A DNA stretch of 64,000 bases from contig MU008192.1 of assembly GCA_010909165.1 (NCBI GenBank), positions 124,001 through 188,000 of the forward strand. Direction: 5' to 3'. Positions 1-13,119 of the stretch are shown here, one piece after another (position 1 is the stretch's first letter; the number at the start of each line of letters is the position of its first letter). The position numbers were made by a program, and so were the translations under genes. The notes beneath the pieces were generated by a model that ran no database searches, had not been told where the DNA came from, and worked only from the letters and a program-made list of their open reading frames with translations. The DNA comes from Anthoceros angustus. Lineage: Eukaryota; Plantae; Anthocerotophyta.

Positions 1-118
1 AAGTAAAGTTCCAATGTCCTCTTTCAGCACTTCCTTCAAATACCAAATCACAGTGAAAAGTAGGCCATTACTGAAGTTCCAGGCAGGGTTGGGTACTGAA
101 CTGTTTCCATCTTCTCAG

Positions 119-3100
119 GGAAGGATATTGAAGCATGCAGGTGATCCCCTTACTGCAGCAAATCTAGCAGATGAAGCTCGGACAATGGACCTTGCGGATA
201 GGTTTTTGAATAGTGAGTGCGTCAAGAGGATGCTGCAAGCAGATCAAGTAAGTTGCACGCATATTCAGATACGGGACCTGTGCCTTGGTGCACATTCCTA
301 GAACCTTGTAGCATATTGTTATGTTTTAGATTTGCTGTTAAGTCGTTCGTAGCGTATCTGGTTAGCACATTACTAACGGTCTCTAGTTGAAGCATTGGAA
401 GAATTTCCAGTCCTTTCTGTAGCTCACCCCCACTTTATAGTCGCACCTGTTTCACGTGATTGGTTTTTTGTCATGTTTTCTCACTCGTCCCACATGTTGC
501 AGGTCGAGCTAGCGGAAAAGACTGCTGTCCTGTTCACTAAAGATGGTGATCAGCACAACAATCTTTTTGACATGCAATGCATGTGGTATGTGCTGCGCTA
601 AGTTTTAGCTTAGGCTCACAGGATGGTTGCCAGGCACTCTTTACTCAGCTACTACTTGCACCATTCCATGCAGGTATGAATTAGCGTCTGGCGATAGTCA
701 TTTTCGACAAGGGTCTTTGGGAAAAGCATTGAAGAAATATTTGTCAGTGGAGAAGCACTACAATGACATGGTCGAGGACCAATTTGATTTTCATACATAT
801 TGCTTACGAAAGATGACTCTCCGTGCCTACATCCGAATGCTACGGTTTCAGGACCAATTGCATTCACACCGCTTCTTCTGCCGAGCTGCTTCAGCAGCCA
901 TAAGGTCTGGGCTGAAGATGGTGGATTCAGATTCATACTGTCTATGTTCTTGTACCTCTGGAAAGTAATAAATTTTATGTTAAGCAGGTGCTATTTATTG
1001 TTATATGATTCACCACCCAAGGCTGCTGTGGAGGCAGAAGAGGCTGCAGCTGCAGGGCTTCCAGCAGCTGAGCGCAAGAGGATGAAATTTAAGGCACGGA
1101 AACTTGAAGCCCGTGCGAAAAAGGTATGGTGGCTGGCAGTAATGTCGTGGTATGGGCTTTAAGCATAACTGCAAGGTCATTTGATCCACCATTGCTCTTG
1201 GCAGGAAGCAGAAGGCAAAGCTAAAGAGGAGGAAGCCGCTGCATTGGCTGCAAACAAAGGTGGAAAGAAAGGTGTGCAGGCACCTAAAGCTGTTGATAGT
1301 GACCCAGATGGGGAGAAGCTTAAACATGTACTTCCGAACGAACCTGATTGCTCGTGAGACTGTTTGGTGGGCTGTGGGACTATAGCTAGCTGTGTTTGCT
1401 CATGCTGAGGTTGTAATGTCCAACCCAAAAATATTTTGGTGAGCAGGTTGAACATCCTCTTGGAGAGGCTATAAAATATTTGAGGCTCTTGCAAGACCAT
1501 TCTTCTCTTTCGCTTGAGACACATTTGCTGGCGTTTGAAGTCTACTTTCGAAGGGGCAAGACCCTCCTTGCTTTACAGGTATGTAGCCATTTTGGGAGCA
1601 TCTGTAGGCATCCGGTGGTTGGAGCTGTATTTAATTGCATTTGAGAGGTCATTTGGTGCTGTCTTATCTGTTTGAGTGGTCACTGCTTCATGAGTGAAAT
1701 TGCTGGTCAGAGCCTGCTTTCTCTTGTTAAGAGCTTGGGATGCAGTTTTCCTCCACTTAGAAGCAAGAGTGTGTATCTGTGCTCAAGAACGAAGGAAATG
1801 TAGTGTTAGTGGTTTGATATTATTGCCTCCTGGTGCACGATGAATCCTGGAAAACGCCAAAATGAAAACGGTATCTGGTATTCAGTGATGTCATGATAAT
1901 CAGCTACTTCTGAAGCTTTAGTGATTAAAAATATGGGCTGAGAATACCGGATCATGAGGCTCTGATTGTAGATCTTTTCTGGGTGATTTGTTATGTGCAT
2001 TAGAAAGGGGAGTTCATAGAGGTATGATATGGTGTGACATAATGGCTCCCAGCTCTTCATGAATGCTGTAGTTGAAATTGCTTGCGAGTTGTTGGATGTC
2101 TCAAAATGTGGGGTGCAATTTTGGTGCTGTTAAGGTCAGTCTGTTCTTGATCACATCTGAGCGTTGTCCAACTTCAGCGTTATTCATCAAAATCGTTTTG
2201 GATTGAACTTGCAGGCTGTGAAGCGACAGTTGAGAACAAATGCGGAGGATCCAGATGTGCATGAGTGTTTGGTAAGTGCTGGCCTGTGCGGAAAGCTGGG
2301 AACTGAAAAATGTGGGGCACTCTGTTGGCCTTGATGCTATCACAGCTGGAAGTTTTATGTCTGGTGCTGTGACTGATGCGGTTGTTTGGTTTGGCAGATA
2401 CGGCTGTTTCATGCAGTGGATGACCTACCTGCTGCACAAACAGATTCGGAAAAGCTTGTACGAAGTGTGCTGAAATTGGAAAGAGAGTCTTTGTCGTAAG
2501 TCTAAGCCTTTGCACCTTACTTTGGACTGCATCTGGCTTCAGTTTGGCTTGTGAGAGGAGTTATCTTGGTGGAATCTATTCAAAGCGCATGCTTAAAGAT
2601 TTTTTTTGGGGGCACCTGTCACAGGAGCTTGGCTGGAAAATCACTTAAGGATGCTAATGACGCGTTTCTCGAGGCACATTCTGGTTTGTGGGAATTGAGT
2701 GTTGTGAACTCGATGCAGGCCTGTCATGCTTTTGTGCCGTCTAGAGTAACGGTAAATTGCTGGCATGCAGAATCGTTGCGGCATAGGGTGTCAGCAGCGA
2801 AAGTTCTCCTCCTTCTGTCTCCCAACTCGAAAGAGAAGGCAGTGAAGATCATTGAGTCTTCGGTCAATAAGCCTACTCCCAGGTATCTGAGGTGATGTTG
2901 CAATGCGATCATTTGCAGATATTCTTCCATTCCCTCAGTGGACGCACAGCAGTTCATTGCTCTCTTGTCATGTGCTGAAACAGGGGTGGAGCAGTTGCGG
3001 AGGGAGTGGGCGAATGGGAGCTGAAAGATGCCGTAGAGACCCACAAAATTCTGGGCAACATATTTAAAGATGCGGACGCAGGCTCCCGTAAGCCTCGTTA

Positions 3101-3328
3101 CACTACTCTCCTCCTTTTTCGTCCATCTCTTTGTCCCCTTTTATAACTGGAATGCCTACTACCGGCATATGTGCAGGCTGGAGGCAGCGGTGCTCGGAGT
3201 ATTTCCCTCACTCCGTCTACTTCAACGGGCAGCGGAGTCCGGATGTCACAAGTGGTCACTTCCCCGTGGGAGAAGTGGCAAGAAATTCGGACTCCGACCA
3301 CTCGGCCAACGGCGTGCTGTCCAGGTAG
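119..3328 (+). CDS. NAA15: NatA N-terminal acetyltransferase auxiliary subunit, 3' portion (multi-exon; 5' exons lie before the window)
   Basis: GT-AG-bounded exons give GRILKHAGD...DEARTMDLADRFLNSECVKRMLQAD, VELAEKTAVLFTKDGDQHNNLFDMQCMW, YELASGDSHFRQGSLGKALKK...EDQFDFHTYCLRKMTLRAYIRML, DSDPDGEKL and terminal WRQRCSEYFPHSVYFNG...stop 3328; all are recognisable NAA15 segments. Confidence 0.93.
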
Positions 3329-3875
3329 TTGGCCGGCTGTGAGGGTAGGTGGTTTTGGTATTGCAGCAAATTTTCGATGAAAGCTGCCGCACGGGAGTAA
3401 GTAGCAGAGAGCTGGGATGAGAGCAAAAAACGGGGGGGAGTTTAGGAAACATAGGCGCCGGGGGCAACTTGGTACCGCCATGGACACCACAATGTATTCA
3501 AATGCAAGCGAAACATGCTGCAAGGAGCTGTGCAGCCCACGGCATGAATTTTTTTTCTCTGTGTTTGTTCGATAGTAGTGGGATTCAGCCACCCAGGTCC
3601 GGAGCATCGAATGGCGCCTGGTGTCGGAGCGCCATTTGGCCGTGACTTGCCTTGTCGCTTGCAGCTTGTCGCTTGTCGGGTCAGGTGGTGTGTCTTCTCG
3701 CGAAGCTGGGGATGTGTTAACCGTAGGCTGTCAGAGTCTGAGATCCTTGGCCTGGGACAGACTCATACGGTGCTTTCTCTGTCGCGTGGTCGTCACGGTT
3801 TCTGGAACGCCGCACGTCTGAGAGACTGGAGCCCGGGATCGCCTAGCTCAGGCCAAGCGAAAGCTCGAGACGGTC

Positions 3876-3920
3876 CGAGACGTTTGAGACGTTTGAGACG
3901 CTCGAGACGTTTGAGACGCT
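3876..3920. repeat. 9-bp tandem repeat (GAGACGTTT-like, about 5 copies) just upstream of the MFS gene ATG
   Basis: gagacgtttgagacgtttgagacgctcgagacgtttgagacgct read directly. Confidence 0.8.
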
Positions 3921-3940
3921 GGAGCTGGAGAGGGCAGGCC

Positions 3941-6900
3941 ATGGCGGACCTGGAGGTGCCGCTGCTCAAGCATACTCCGGCAGAGAGGCGGCCCAAAACG
4001 TACCCCAAATGCCAAGGATGCAAGACTGCGTTGCTGGCGCGGGAGGGCGCCCCCCCGCCCTACGCCAATCTCCTCTTCGTCTCCTGCGTCGTCCTCTGCA
4101 ACGGTGAGACGATCGTGAGCTGGACCTCCCGCCGCCGCTGCCATCTCCACTGGCTTCGCTCCTGAATTTCGCAAACTGACAGTGAATCTTGTTTGTGCTT
4201 GTGCTGGCTGCAGCATTGCCCATCTCCTCGCTCTACCCCTTCCTCTATTTCATGGTAAAGTCTGTGCTGCTGCTGCTGCTGCTGCTGCTGATGCTTGCAA
4301 TTCAATTCAATTCAGTTTAATTCAGTTGAATTGCATGCAATTCCCCTGGAATTTCCCGTGCCAAGGATTGCTCACCTGACGGTCTCGAGAGTGCAAATTT
4401 TTGGGCCAGGTGCAAGACTTCAAGATTGCGGCGCACGACGAGGACATTGGATTCTATGCGGGGTTCATCGGTAGGCACAGATCAGTCCTAGTCCTGGAGC
4501 AGGCTGAGCCTCCGGGGAAATTCAATTCTGGCAGCTTGGGATGGAGGGAACTTTCTTGGGTGACTTTAACGCTGCGCTGTGTGCTATGCTGTAGGATCGG
4601 CGTTCATGTTTGGGCGCTTCCTCACGTCAATCCAGTGTGGGATGATCGCGGATAAGTATGGGAGGAAGCCGGTGATGGTGGTTTCTCTGTGCGCCGTGTG
4701 AGTAAGCACTGCATTGCAGTGCGGTGCATTCCTGAATTTCAATGGGACTGGGAACGCGTGGAACCCCATTTATTTTGATGAGCCCTGCTGGTGTTCTTGA
4801 TTCAGAGTGGTCTTCAACCTTGTGTTCGGCGCGAGCACCAATTTCTGGATGGCGTTGATCTCCAGGCTTGTTTTGGGCTTTTTCAATGGCTCCCTGGGTC
4901 CGGTCAAGGTGCCTTTCAAATGCTTTCCTTCACTTGGCTATGCCCATACTCACCTCGTCCGCAACAAGTCCCATTGCTTACACATGGAGTTGCCTGTTTC
5001 GTAGGCGTATGCTTCCGAGATTTGTAGTGACGAGCATCAAGCTGTGGGTGTCACAGCTGTGAGTAATTTACTTATGCCTTCACCCGACTTTTGCTGCTTG
5101 CACCCAATGACTACACTCATTTCCTGTGGCGTACACATGCTTTGTGGTGGTTTCAGGTATCCACGGCCTGGGGCCTGGGATTGATAATCGGTCCTGCTGT
5201 CGGAGGCTATCTCTCACAGGTTCAATCCATGAATTCATCATGTGTGGGATTCTGTTAATGTTGCAGCATTGTTTCCTGATAGGGAGGGGACTCCACTGAG
5301 GAGAGTTCTGTGTGGTGTTGTGTGGTGTGCTTTTTTGCAGCCAGCTCTTAAGTACCCGGCCTTGTTTCCGCCTGGTTCATTGTTTGACAGGTAACAGCTG
5401 TCTCCCTCCTTGGCTTCACTTCATCTTCAAGTGCTGAAGAGAGCTGACATGACCAGGATGATCATCCAGGTTCCCGTATCTGCTGCCATCTCTCACCACT
5501 TCGGCCGTCGCCTTTGTGGGAGTCTTTATCACGTTGCACCTTCCGGTACGCCACTGTGTGACAGTGTCTCTTGTTGGACAGGTCAGGCTTCACTCCCTTC
5601 TTTCGTGGCTGAGGTTGTCGTTTTGCAGGAGACCATTCATGTGCACAAGGAGGAAGAGTCGGTGCTTGTAGAAGAAACTGATGAGGAGAAAGCTCAGGAA
5701 GAGCTGATACTTGTTGAAGGTATTGATTCAGAGGAGAAAGTTCAAGACGAGCTCTCACAGAAGGCCAGTAAATCGTCATTGTCTGTCACCTCCAACTGGC
5801 CCTTGTTAGCTGCCATCGCTGTCTACTGCCTGTGGTCCATGCACGACATGGCCTACACCGAGGTATGCTCCCTATCATGCCTCTCTTCACGTCATTTCTC
5901 AGGCTCCTGTTTGCTAACCACCTCGCCTTGCCTTGCCTGGCCTCGCCTTGCCTCGCCTTGCCTTTTTCAGATATTTTCATTGTGGGCTGTGAGTCCCAGA
6001 GACGCTGGGGGCCTGGGCTTCACCACATCCGACGTTGGCAACGTATTAGCTGCCTCAGGTCAGACTACCTGCACACCTGAATGCGGTCCGGGACTTCTTG
6101 GAAGCCTTTGCCTCTTCTCTGCTGAGTCAGACAATGGTTGGTTTCACAAACAACCTCTTCTTTCCCCCGTGCTGCAGGTGCTTCTTTGATGCTCTTTCAG
6201 CCCCTGCTGTTCCCTCCTCTGGCAAGACGACTCGGAGCCATAAGCATAACTCGAGTATCCATGGTAGGCAGCCGAACATGTCCATCTGCCTCCATGGCAT
6301 TGCTTCCTTCATCTCCTCCGTCGAGATCTGCATTGACCTTATGTTCTCCATGCAGGTTCTGTCATTGCCCCTGCTAGTGGCCTATCCTGCCATCGCAGGT
6401 ATGACGGGGGCACGGTTGTGGGTGGCTGTGCTATTCACATCGGTTTCCAAAAACTTGCTTTCGGTGAGCACCCATCTTCCAGACTTACAAAAGCTTACAC
6501 TCCTCATACGAATCAGAGCATCTGGACAGTCTGACTTTACCATACTATGCTCTTTACCGCAGGGTGCCGCTATGGGTGGAACATTCCTTCTCATCAACAA
6601 CTCCGTGGTTAGCTACATCTCATCCCCTTGACAGGTTTGACAAACAATACCACAGTCTTAGTTTACTCCCCAACCGATTTGGATTTGTGATTTGTGTGCA
6701 GAAACCAAGCCAGCGAGGACGCGCAAACGGGCTCTCTGTCAGCGTGGTGTCACTCTTCAAAGCCGTTGGCCCGGGGGCTGGTGGTGCCATGTGCGTTACA
6801 AACAACATCACCTCATAACATGTGCCTGCATGTACCATGTCACACATCCTTCCACATCTGCTCTCTAACAGCTCAAGTGTTCGTCCTTGCGCAGTTTTGC

Positions 6901-7186
6901 TTGGGCTCAAAGCCGGCACTCCAACATTCTTCAAGGTAAAGTCTTTGGCTGGGCCTTTGGCAAGCTCTTCCCTACACACTATGGTCCATCGAATACACCT
7001 GCACTGACAAGGGTGCCTTGTCCGTCTTTTGTAGGCAATGAGATAGTGTTTTTCTTCCTCGGTTTGGTGGCTCTGGTTGCAATCATCCTCACAGCCGGGC
7101 CGATTCTGCCTAAAAGCCTCAACAGGACAAGGCACGAGAACGATGGCGATGACGATGACGTCTTAACTAACGAACTAACTAATTAA
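3941..7186 (+). CDS. Zinc-induced-facilitator-like (ZIFL) MFS transporter, multi-exon
   Basis: MADLEVPLLK...YPKCQGCK; DFKIAAHDEDIGFYAGFIG; WGMIADKYGRKPV; FWMALISRLVLGFFNGSLGPVK; WPLLAAIAVYCLWSMHDMAYTE; IFSLWAVSPRDAGGLGFTTSDVG; QRGRANGLSVSVVSLFKAVGP; stop at 7186. Typical ZIF1/ZIFL motifs and exon structure. Confidence 0.88.
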
Positions 7187-8414
7187 CCTACGAGGACTTC
7201 ACTGCCTCGATTTGCTCATCGCATAAATGCTTTCGTCTCGATGCATCTCGATTCACCTTGAACCTGATTGGCGACGACGCGACGTAGAGCCAAGGACTGG
7301 CCACGGTGGACTCTCCGCTTCCTCTTGTAACGAGCGGGGCCTGAACCGGGGCCTGGTAGCTTCCTCGCTGGAAGCCGTGACGGTGTCGCCTTGAATGAGC
7401 GGATTCTTGGGACTTGCATCCGGCTTGAACACGAGGTTGTTGACGATGGTCAGCAAGATGAGGAATCCAGCACAGTAAGCCAGAAGAATGCCTCTTTGCC
7501 GCTGCGTAGACTGCCCGTCGCGGCTTGTTTGAAGATACTGTGACGGATTCGGCCTTCCGTTGCATGGCGGCTCATGTTAGCGTCGGTGGCCCAGGTTTTC
7601 CTGCGGCCCTGCCCGCCGTCGTCCGCCGGAACTACCGGCCATCGGTCCACCGCTTTCGAACTAGCCCGGGCCACCCGTCCGCGCGTACTTACCTGTCCGA
7701 ACGGGGGCATGGACGCGAGGTACAATTTCACAAATTTGGACCGCTGTTGAAAATACATTTTTTTGTTTTTATTAAAGATGGGTGACCACATATTAAAGGG
7801 AGACATGGGCGGACTTCGATAAATTTTTGAAGTCCTGTACTAATTCTACCACTCCCCAATGCATGGCCCGGGTTGTTCCTTTCTTACTTCACAGCTTACT
7901 TCAGATAGCAAGTTTCCATTGCCCTTCAAAGGACCCTTTTGACGACAATCCTTCACAAGGCAGCGACGGCAGGTGACGCTTCTTCCTCTTCCTCAGTAGT
8001 TTGCAGGCCATTTGTTCTTGCTGCATATGATGTTCTAGGAGCAGTAGGTAGCTTTAGGTAAGGAGCTTAGTCACTCCTTTTCATCTTGATCCTCGAGGTT
8101 CACCTTCGTTGTCCTGTGCTGGATGGGTTTTTTCCATCGTTTTTTCTTACATAAAGTCTCTACGTTCTCCTTTATTGTGACCTTGGAATATCCCTTTACA
8201 GAAAAAAAGGGGAACAACCCAACGAAGGGGAGCATGCCAAAGGGGACGTACCCCCGGAATGAAGAAGAAGTGTGGTTGAGATGGATGCAAAGGAAAAACC
8301 ATGAAATGTGTATTTGGCAATGGGGTGGAGACTGGTGAAAGCCTGTGCACAGCAAGCAATTCAAGGTAAAAATTGCAGCCTGATATGGACCTAATCATGG
8401 GTTGTGGTAGCAGA

Positions 8415-8800
8415 ACATGCAATCGGGTACAAGGAAGCTGAGAGTCAAGGAACACGAACATGAAAGGAAGTACCCAACTTGTGAAAAGGAGATGACTGCC
8501 ACTATTTGTTGTCTTAAGATTTGGAGATACTATCTTCTAGAAAGATCTTTTGTGCTGTACACAGACAATGTGAGCACGAGTTTTTTTACTAATTAATTAC
8601 AACTAAGAACTAAACAAGCTAGATGGCAAGATTTTCTAGCAATGTGTAATGTGTCTATCAAGTACAAGCCACATAAAGAAGAATCTCGTGGCAAATGCCT
8701 TAAGTTTTAAGGAGAGTTTGAACTTAATGGTTGTTTTCACGGTGAAGAGTCAAATAGTAATTGAGCTAAGGGACATTCACATGCAGATGAAGGAAGCTCA
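8415..8800 (+). mobile_element. Degenerate Ty3/gypsy RNase H fragment
   Basis: Manual translation ERKYPTCEKEMTATICCLKIWRYYLLERSFVLYTDNVS...QARWQDFLA...KNLVANALS, with internal stops and frameshifts. Confidence 0.75.
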
Positions 8801-8949
8801 TCTGCAAAAACCATTGGTACAATGCATATCCTGGGGTTTTCTCTTCGTTTTCTTTCTTCATTTCCTTTTCTTTCTTGTCTCTTTATTTTAATTTTATTGT
8901 ATTTTTCCTTTTTTACTTCATTTAATTCCTCCTTTTGTCCTTTCTTTCT

Positions 8950-9447
8950 TTCCTTCTCTACAGGCCCCCTTCTTCGACTTTCGTCAAGGACACTCTATGG
9001 CTTGTGTGTGGGAAAGGATCAATATGGGTAGGGTTCATAAGGATTTTAATAGGACTACTTAGGAGGCACAGGTCAGGCTTGCATCGTCCAATATTGCTAT
9101 CCCCTCGACCCCATGTGAGGCTGCTCCCCTCGGGCCTCCATCGGTGTCTTGGCAGTCGTTGCTGGCGCAGTCTGATCACCTTCTAGCTCTGTACGAGACA
9201 CATTTCCCAGGACCTTGTCTTTTTCAGCATCTCTTTCGGCGATTACATGATGGCTTTCGCATTGCCTACAAGCTTCCCTTAGAGTACCTCATGCAGGACC
9301 CCAGGGATGAGGCGGCATGGACTTTGTTTCTCTTTCTTCCTCAATGGTGTCTTCGTTGCACAAGGGTGGTCCTTCGGGCCATAGGGAGGTAGCGTCCCGT
9401 CTCTGGCGCTTCAAAGTGCGGGACTGAGAGGCCCTACAAGAGGAGGG
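8950..9447 (+). mobile_element. CRE-like non-LTR retrotransposon, part 5' of the nested insertion
   Basis: AWTLFLFLPQWCLR...RLWRFKVRD*EALQEE rejoins in frame with the sequence after 18897 once the Ty3 insert and one TSD copy are removed. Confidence 0.6.
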
Positions 9448-9840
9448 TGTCGCGCAGCAGCCGCATAGCTGCATGCCTACCTAGCCTGTCTACAAAGCTA
9501 AGTCACCAAACACCAGCCTGCCTGCGATCTCCTTGGCCTTCGGCCCAGGAGCAACAATCTTAGCCATAAATTGTCCTTGGCCTATGACCAAGGGCAAGGC
9601 TACAAAGGGGCTGGGTCTGCCTAAGAGAGACAGCCTGGTCACATCACTGGCAACCGCATAGCGCATGCCTACCTAGCCTGTCTACAAAGCTAAGTCGCTA
9701 AACACCAGCCTGCCTGCGATCTCCTTGGCCTATGGCCCAAGAGCAACAACCTAGCCATAAATTGTCCTTGGCCTATGACCAAGGGCAAGGCTACAAAAGG
9801 GGCTGGGTCTGCCTAAGAGAGAGGCCCAGGGCCGCGAACA
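9448..9840 (-). repeat. Putative 3' LTR containing an internal ~190-bp direct duplication (about 9460-9630 and 9653-9822)
   Basis: Starts TGTCGCG and ends CGCGAACA. The block ccgcatagc...gcatgcctacctagcctgtctacaaagctaagtc...ctgcctaagagaga occurs twice. PPT-like tract is adjacent. Confidence 0.55.
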
Positions 9841-9989
9841 GCCCCCCTGGGAAACTTGGAGGCCTAGCCACCTGGTTTCCCACAAAATTGTCTAGACCAT
9901 GTGGCCTAGAAAAACACACAGCTGCTTACCAACGTCCCCACCAACGAGAACGTAGCTTGTCCAACACTGACGGTGGTTCTGCCCGAGGA

Positions 9990-11460
9990 GGAGGAATGGC
10001 GTCATCTTCGATATCCTCATCATCTGATGGGTCTTCTTGTGCCTCTGCTTAAGTAATCTCACCGGGCGCTTGAATCCAGAGATCACAACTGTTCTTCCAC
10101 AAAGCGCCTGCATCGAATCGCTGAAAAGGATGCACGCCATCATCCGGCATCCATGTCCCGACTGTAAGCTTCCTGTGTTGGGTAATTGAAAAACGGTAAC
10201 TTACAGGAAGTGTAGATGTGCGGGCTGGCGAGCCTCCTGAGACAGTTGAAAGCATTCTTCTCCTCTCGAGTCCAAGCACGTTGATCAACATGAGGGGTCC
10301 TCAGCTTGTTGGTCAGAATGTAAAACTGCCGAGGCCACCCTACCACATGATGCCCTGTCCGCAGATGGTGGAAAACTCGAAACCACTCTTTGAGAAAAAT
10401 CAAACGGCGAGGGTATGTGTCTCCCCAGTCAACGAACTCTGCTGGCAACCTCATCCCATCAAACCATTGATGCATTTGGAAGTGATGCTGCAACTTCCTC
10501 CATGCACCCTCTCAGATAGCTTGTCCAGTCCGTGGCAAACGCCAGGACCGGAGCTCAAACAAATCCCGGTGTTCCGTGGGATAATGCTCCACCCTACAGC
10601 TGTCATGGTGCTCCTCAACATACAGTAGGAAAATGTGAAGCTCGTCATAACTTCCAGGTGGAATACCTGCTCGGGTCATATTGGCGGGAGTAGAAGATGC
10701 TCCACTTACCCGCATCTTCGTCATCCACGAATTGGGGTTCCATCCTGCCCTGCAAACCTTGCTTGAGTTGACGGCAGTCATAGCACACCCTGGAGGGCAC
10801 AGATTCCAGTATCTCTACCTCGCTTGTGCGAGACCTCCTCCATGGCTGCTGTGCAGGGTGAGAACTACCAGCCCTAGGTGCAACCCTGGAATTTTCAGCA
10901 CCTGACGAAGGCCGACATACATGCTGTACCTGAGTAGGATCAGAGGTGCGCCAGCTTGCCTTGGCGGTGGGCGGTTGCTCCACCGCTGTCGCGAGGCGGC
11001 GTGGTGTTCGCCGCCGCCGACGGGCTGACCGCTCCTTGATTCGGGATCGGCTTGCCTCAAACTCCTGCTGGCTTTCCATGTTCGCCGACAAAGGATGCTT
11101 GCGCGGTCGTCCCCTCTTGCGCTTGATTGACGGTGGCACCTCCTCTCGGCGCTTCACCTTCCGTAATTGTGGATAGGGCAGGGCTGTTACGCCTTCTCCT
11201 ATGCACGTATGAAACGGGCCTGACCATGACGCTCCCTATCCAGCTCCAAACAGCTGAAACCACCTTTAGAAACACGCTGTGAGGAATTCTCAGCCCGCGC
11301 GCCCGATCAGTCTGTGCATGCAAAGGTTCCTCTTCCAAAATGAGATGCTCCCTCGCAGCTATGTGCGCCCAATTTCGTCTCTCGTTTCCAGTAGGAATTA
11401 GACCCTTGTCGCTTGCCCTCTGTACGTCTGTAATTCCTCTTTTCACAATTCCTTGCACAT
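9990..11460 (-). pseudogene. Additional ORF downstream of pol (sense to the element) with an AT-hook; interrupted
   Basis: KRKRGRPRKH at ~11093-11124, followed by an Arg-rich stretch and an aromatic-rich region. ORFs 10512-10781 and 10140-10493 are in the same frame, separated by one TGA. Confidence 0.5.
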
Positions 11461-11546
11461 GCAGAATCGGCTTCGCAACAACTCATCGCCTTAGCATGTG
11501 CAAGATCCGTTTGTGAATTTGGCCCCAAGCATCTTGTGTCCTTCTT

Positions 11547-12860
11547 CACTGACTGCCAACATGCCAGCCCAACGTGTGTGAATTTAAGACAACCTCAGTA
11601 CCACCTTCTGTAAGAGCCACGTTCACACTTAGCACATTACAGTGCTCACATAGCCATTCTCCTTCTGGAACACTGTCCAGTGCGGTTTGAGGCAAAACAG
11701 ATGGTAACCACGGTTACACCTGTCACATAGCAACATGAATTCTTCGTCAGTTGTGTGTCCACACTCCTCACAGGGCAAATCTGCTGGTGGCGTCCAGGTC
11801 TGAGGCACAGTTCGTGTATCCAGATCAGGCAAATGGCATGGAGCCAAATGCTTCATGTGTTCCTTGCACCTTCTGCCATCTCTTCCTTCAAGTTCAACCA
11901 CACCTTGCTCACCAACCTGGACAACTCTCAGGATAAGCCTCCCTGTGCTGACATCTAACGTGCTTGCAGGCCTGTGCTGCAAGTACACGTAATCTCCAGA
12001 TGCAAACTTGCGGGCTTTGGGCTTCCACGAGCCCCCAGATAAGCATACCTCACCGGTCCCATGTCGCCAAATTGTCCATAGCCATGGGAAGAATTCTTTG
12101 AAATACTGCCTGCTTGAACTGCCAAGCATACATTTGCATCTTTGCTCCATCAGCAGGATGGAGTAAGTGTCCTTCACCACATTCGGCAACAACTGCGTTG
12201 CGTCCGAATAACAAAAAGTATGGACTGAAACTTCCAAGAGCGCTGCACACCACTGCCCAACACGATGTAAGGGAGCAATTCATCCCAACACTTGGGCTCC
12301 ACAAGAATGCAAGATTTCCTTAGTGCATCCTTGAAGGTTTGCACTAGTTTTCCGCTGTGCCATCGGCTGTGGATGATCCCTCGATGTCCTCCTGTGATCA
12401 ATGAGACTCCTGTCTAGCAAGGTCTGGAATTCACCTCGAAACTCGTTACCCTGGTCTGTGAGCACCTCTGCGCAGCTCCCAAATCGGCTGAGCACACACT
12501 GCAGAAAAGCTCTGCTGGTGTAATGCGAAGTTCTCTGTGGTAAGAACGCTACTTCAACCCACTTAGAGAAATGCTCAATCATGACCATGCAATGTCGGTT
12601 ACCTTGCTTTGTGAGAGGAAGCTCTGGCATAAGGTCAACCGACCATCTAAAGAATAGCCCCGATTGGTAGGGAGTGCAACACCACATCACGGTGTTAAAT
12701 CTAGCTTTGAGCATCACATGCAGACTTAGCCACCACCTTCTCGACATCTGCATACATCCCCACGAAGCACGTACTCTTCAACATGTGGTGTGTCCTCTTC
12801 ACACCAAAGTGGCCAAGGGTTTCGTGCACCTTGGTCACTATGCCCACTCTTTCCTCGGGA
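11547..12860 (-). pseudogene. Ty3 integrase with C-terminal PHD finger (frameshifted)
   Basis: LFFRWSVDL...MVMIEHFSKWVEV...EVLTDQGNEFRGEF...TSRDHPQ (rve core), then CEECGHTTDEEFMLLCDRCNRGYHLFCLKP / LDSVPEGEWLCEHC (C4HC3). Confidence 0.88.
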
Positions 12861-13119
12861 CTTGGTACTTTCCTTACGAGTTCTCCTTGACGATGCTCAC
12901 CATCTTCCCATGAGTATCCGCCACGCCTTGAGTTTAGCCAAGCTGCGGTCGAGCCTTCCTTCCTTCAAGAATCATGGCTTGAGGATGTCTCCAAACATCC
13001 TCGACGGACTCACAAGACATGTCCTTCTTCATGATCATCTATCCCGCCATGAGTGCCATGAAGCTGGGTGCACCATCTACGTGCCCCTCATCCTGCCGAG
13101 CTCTGTGACATCCTTGTCA

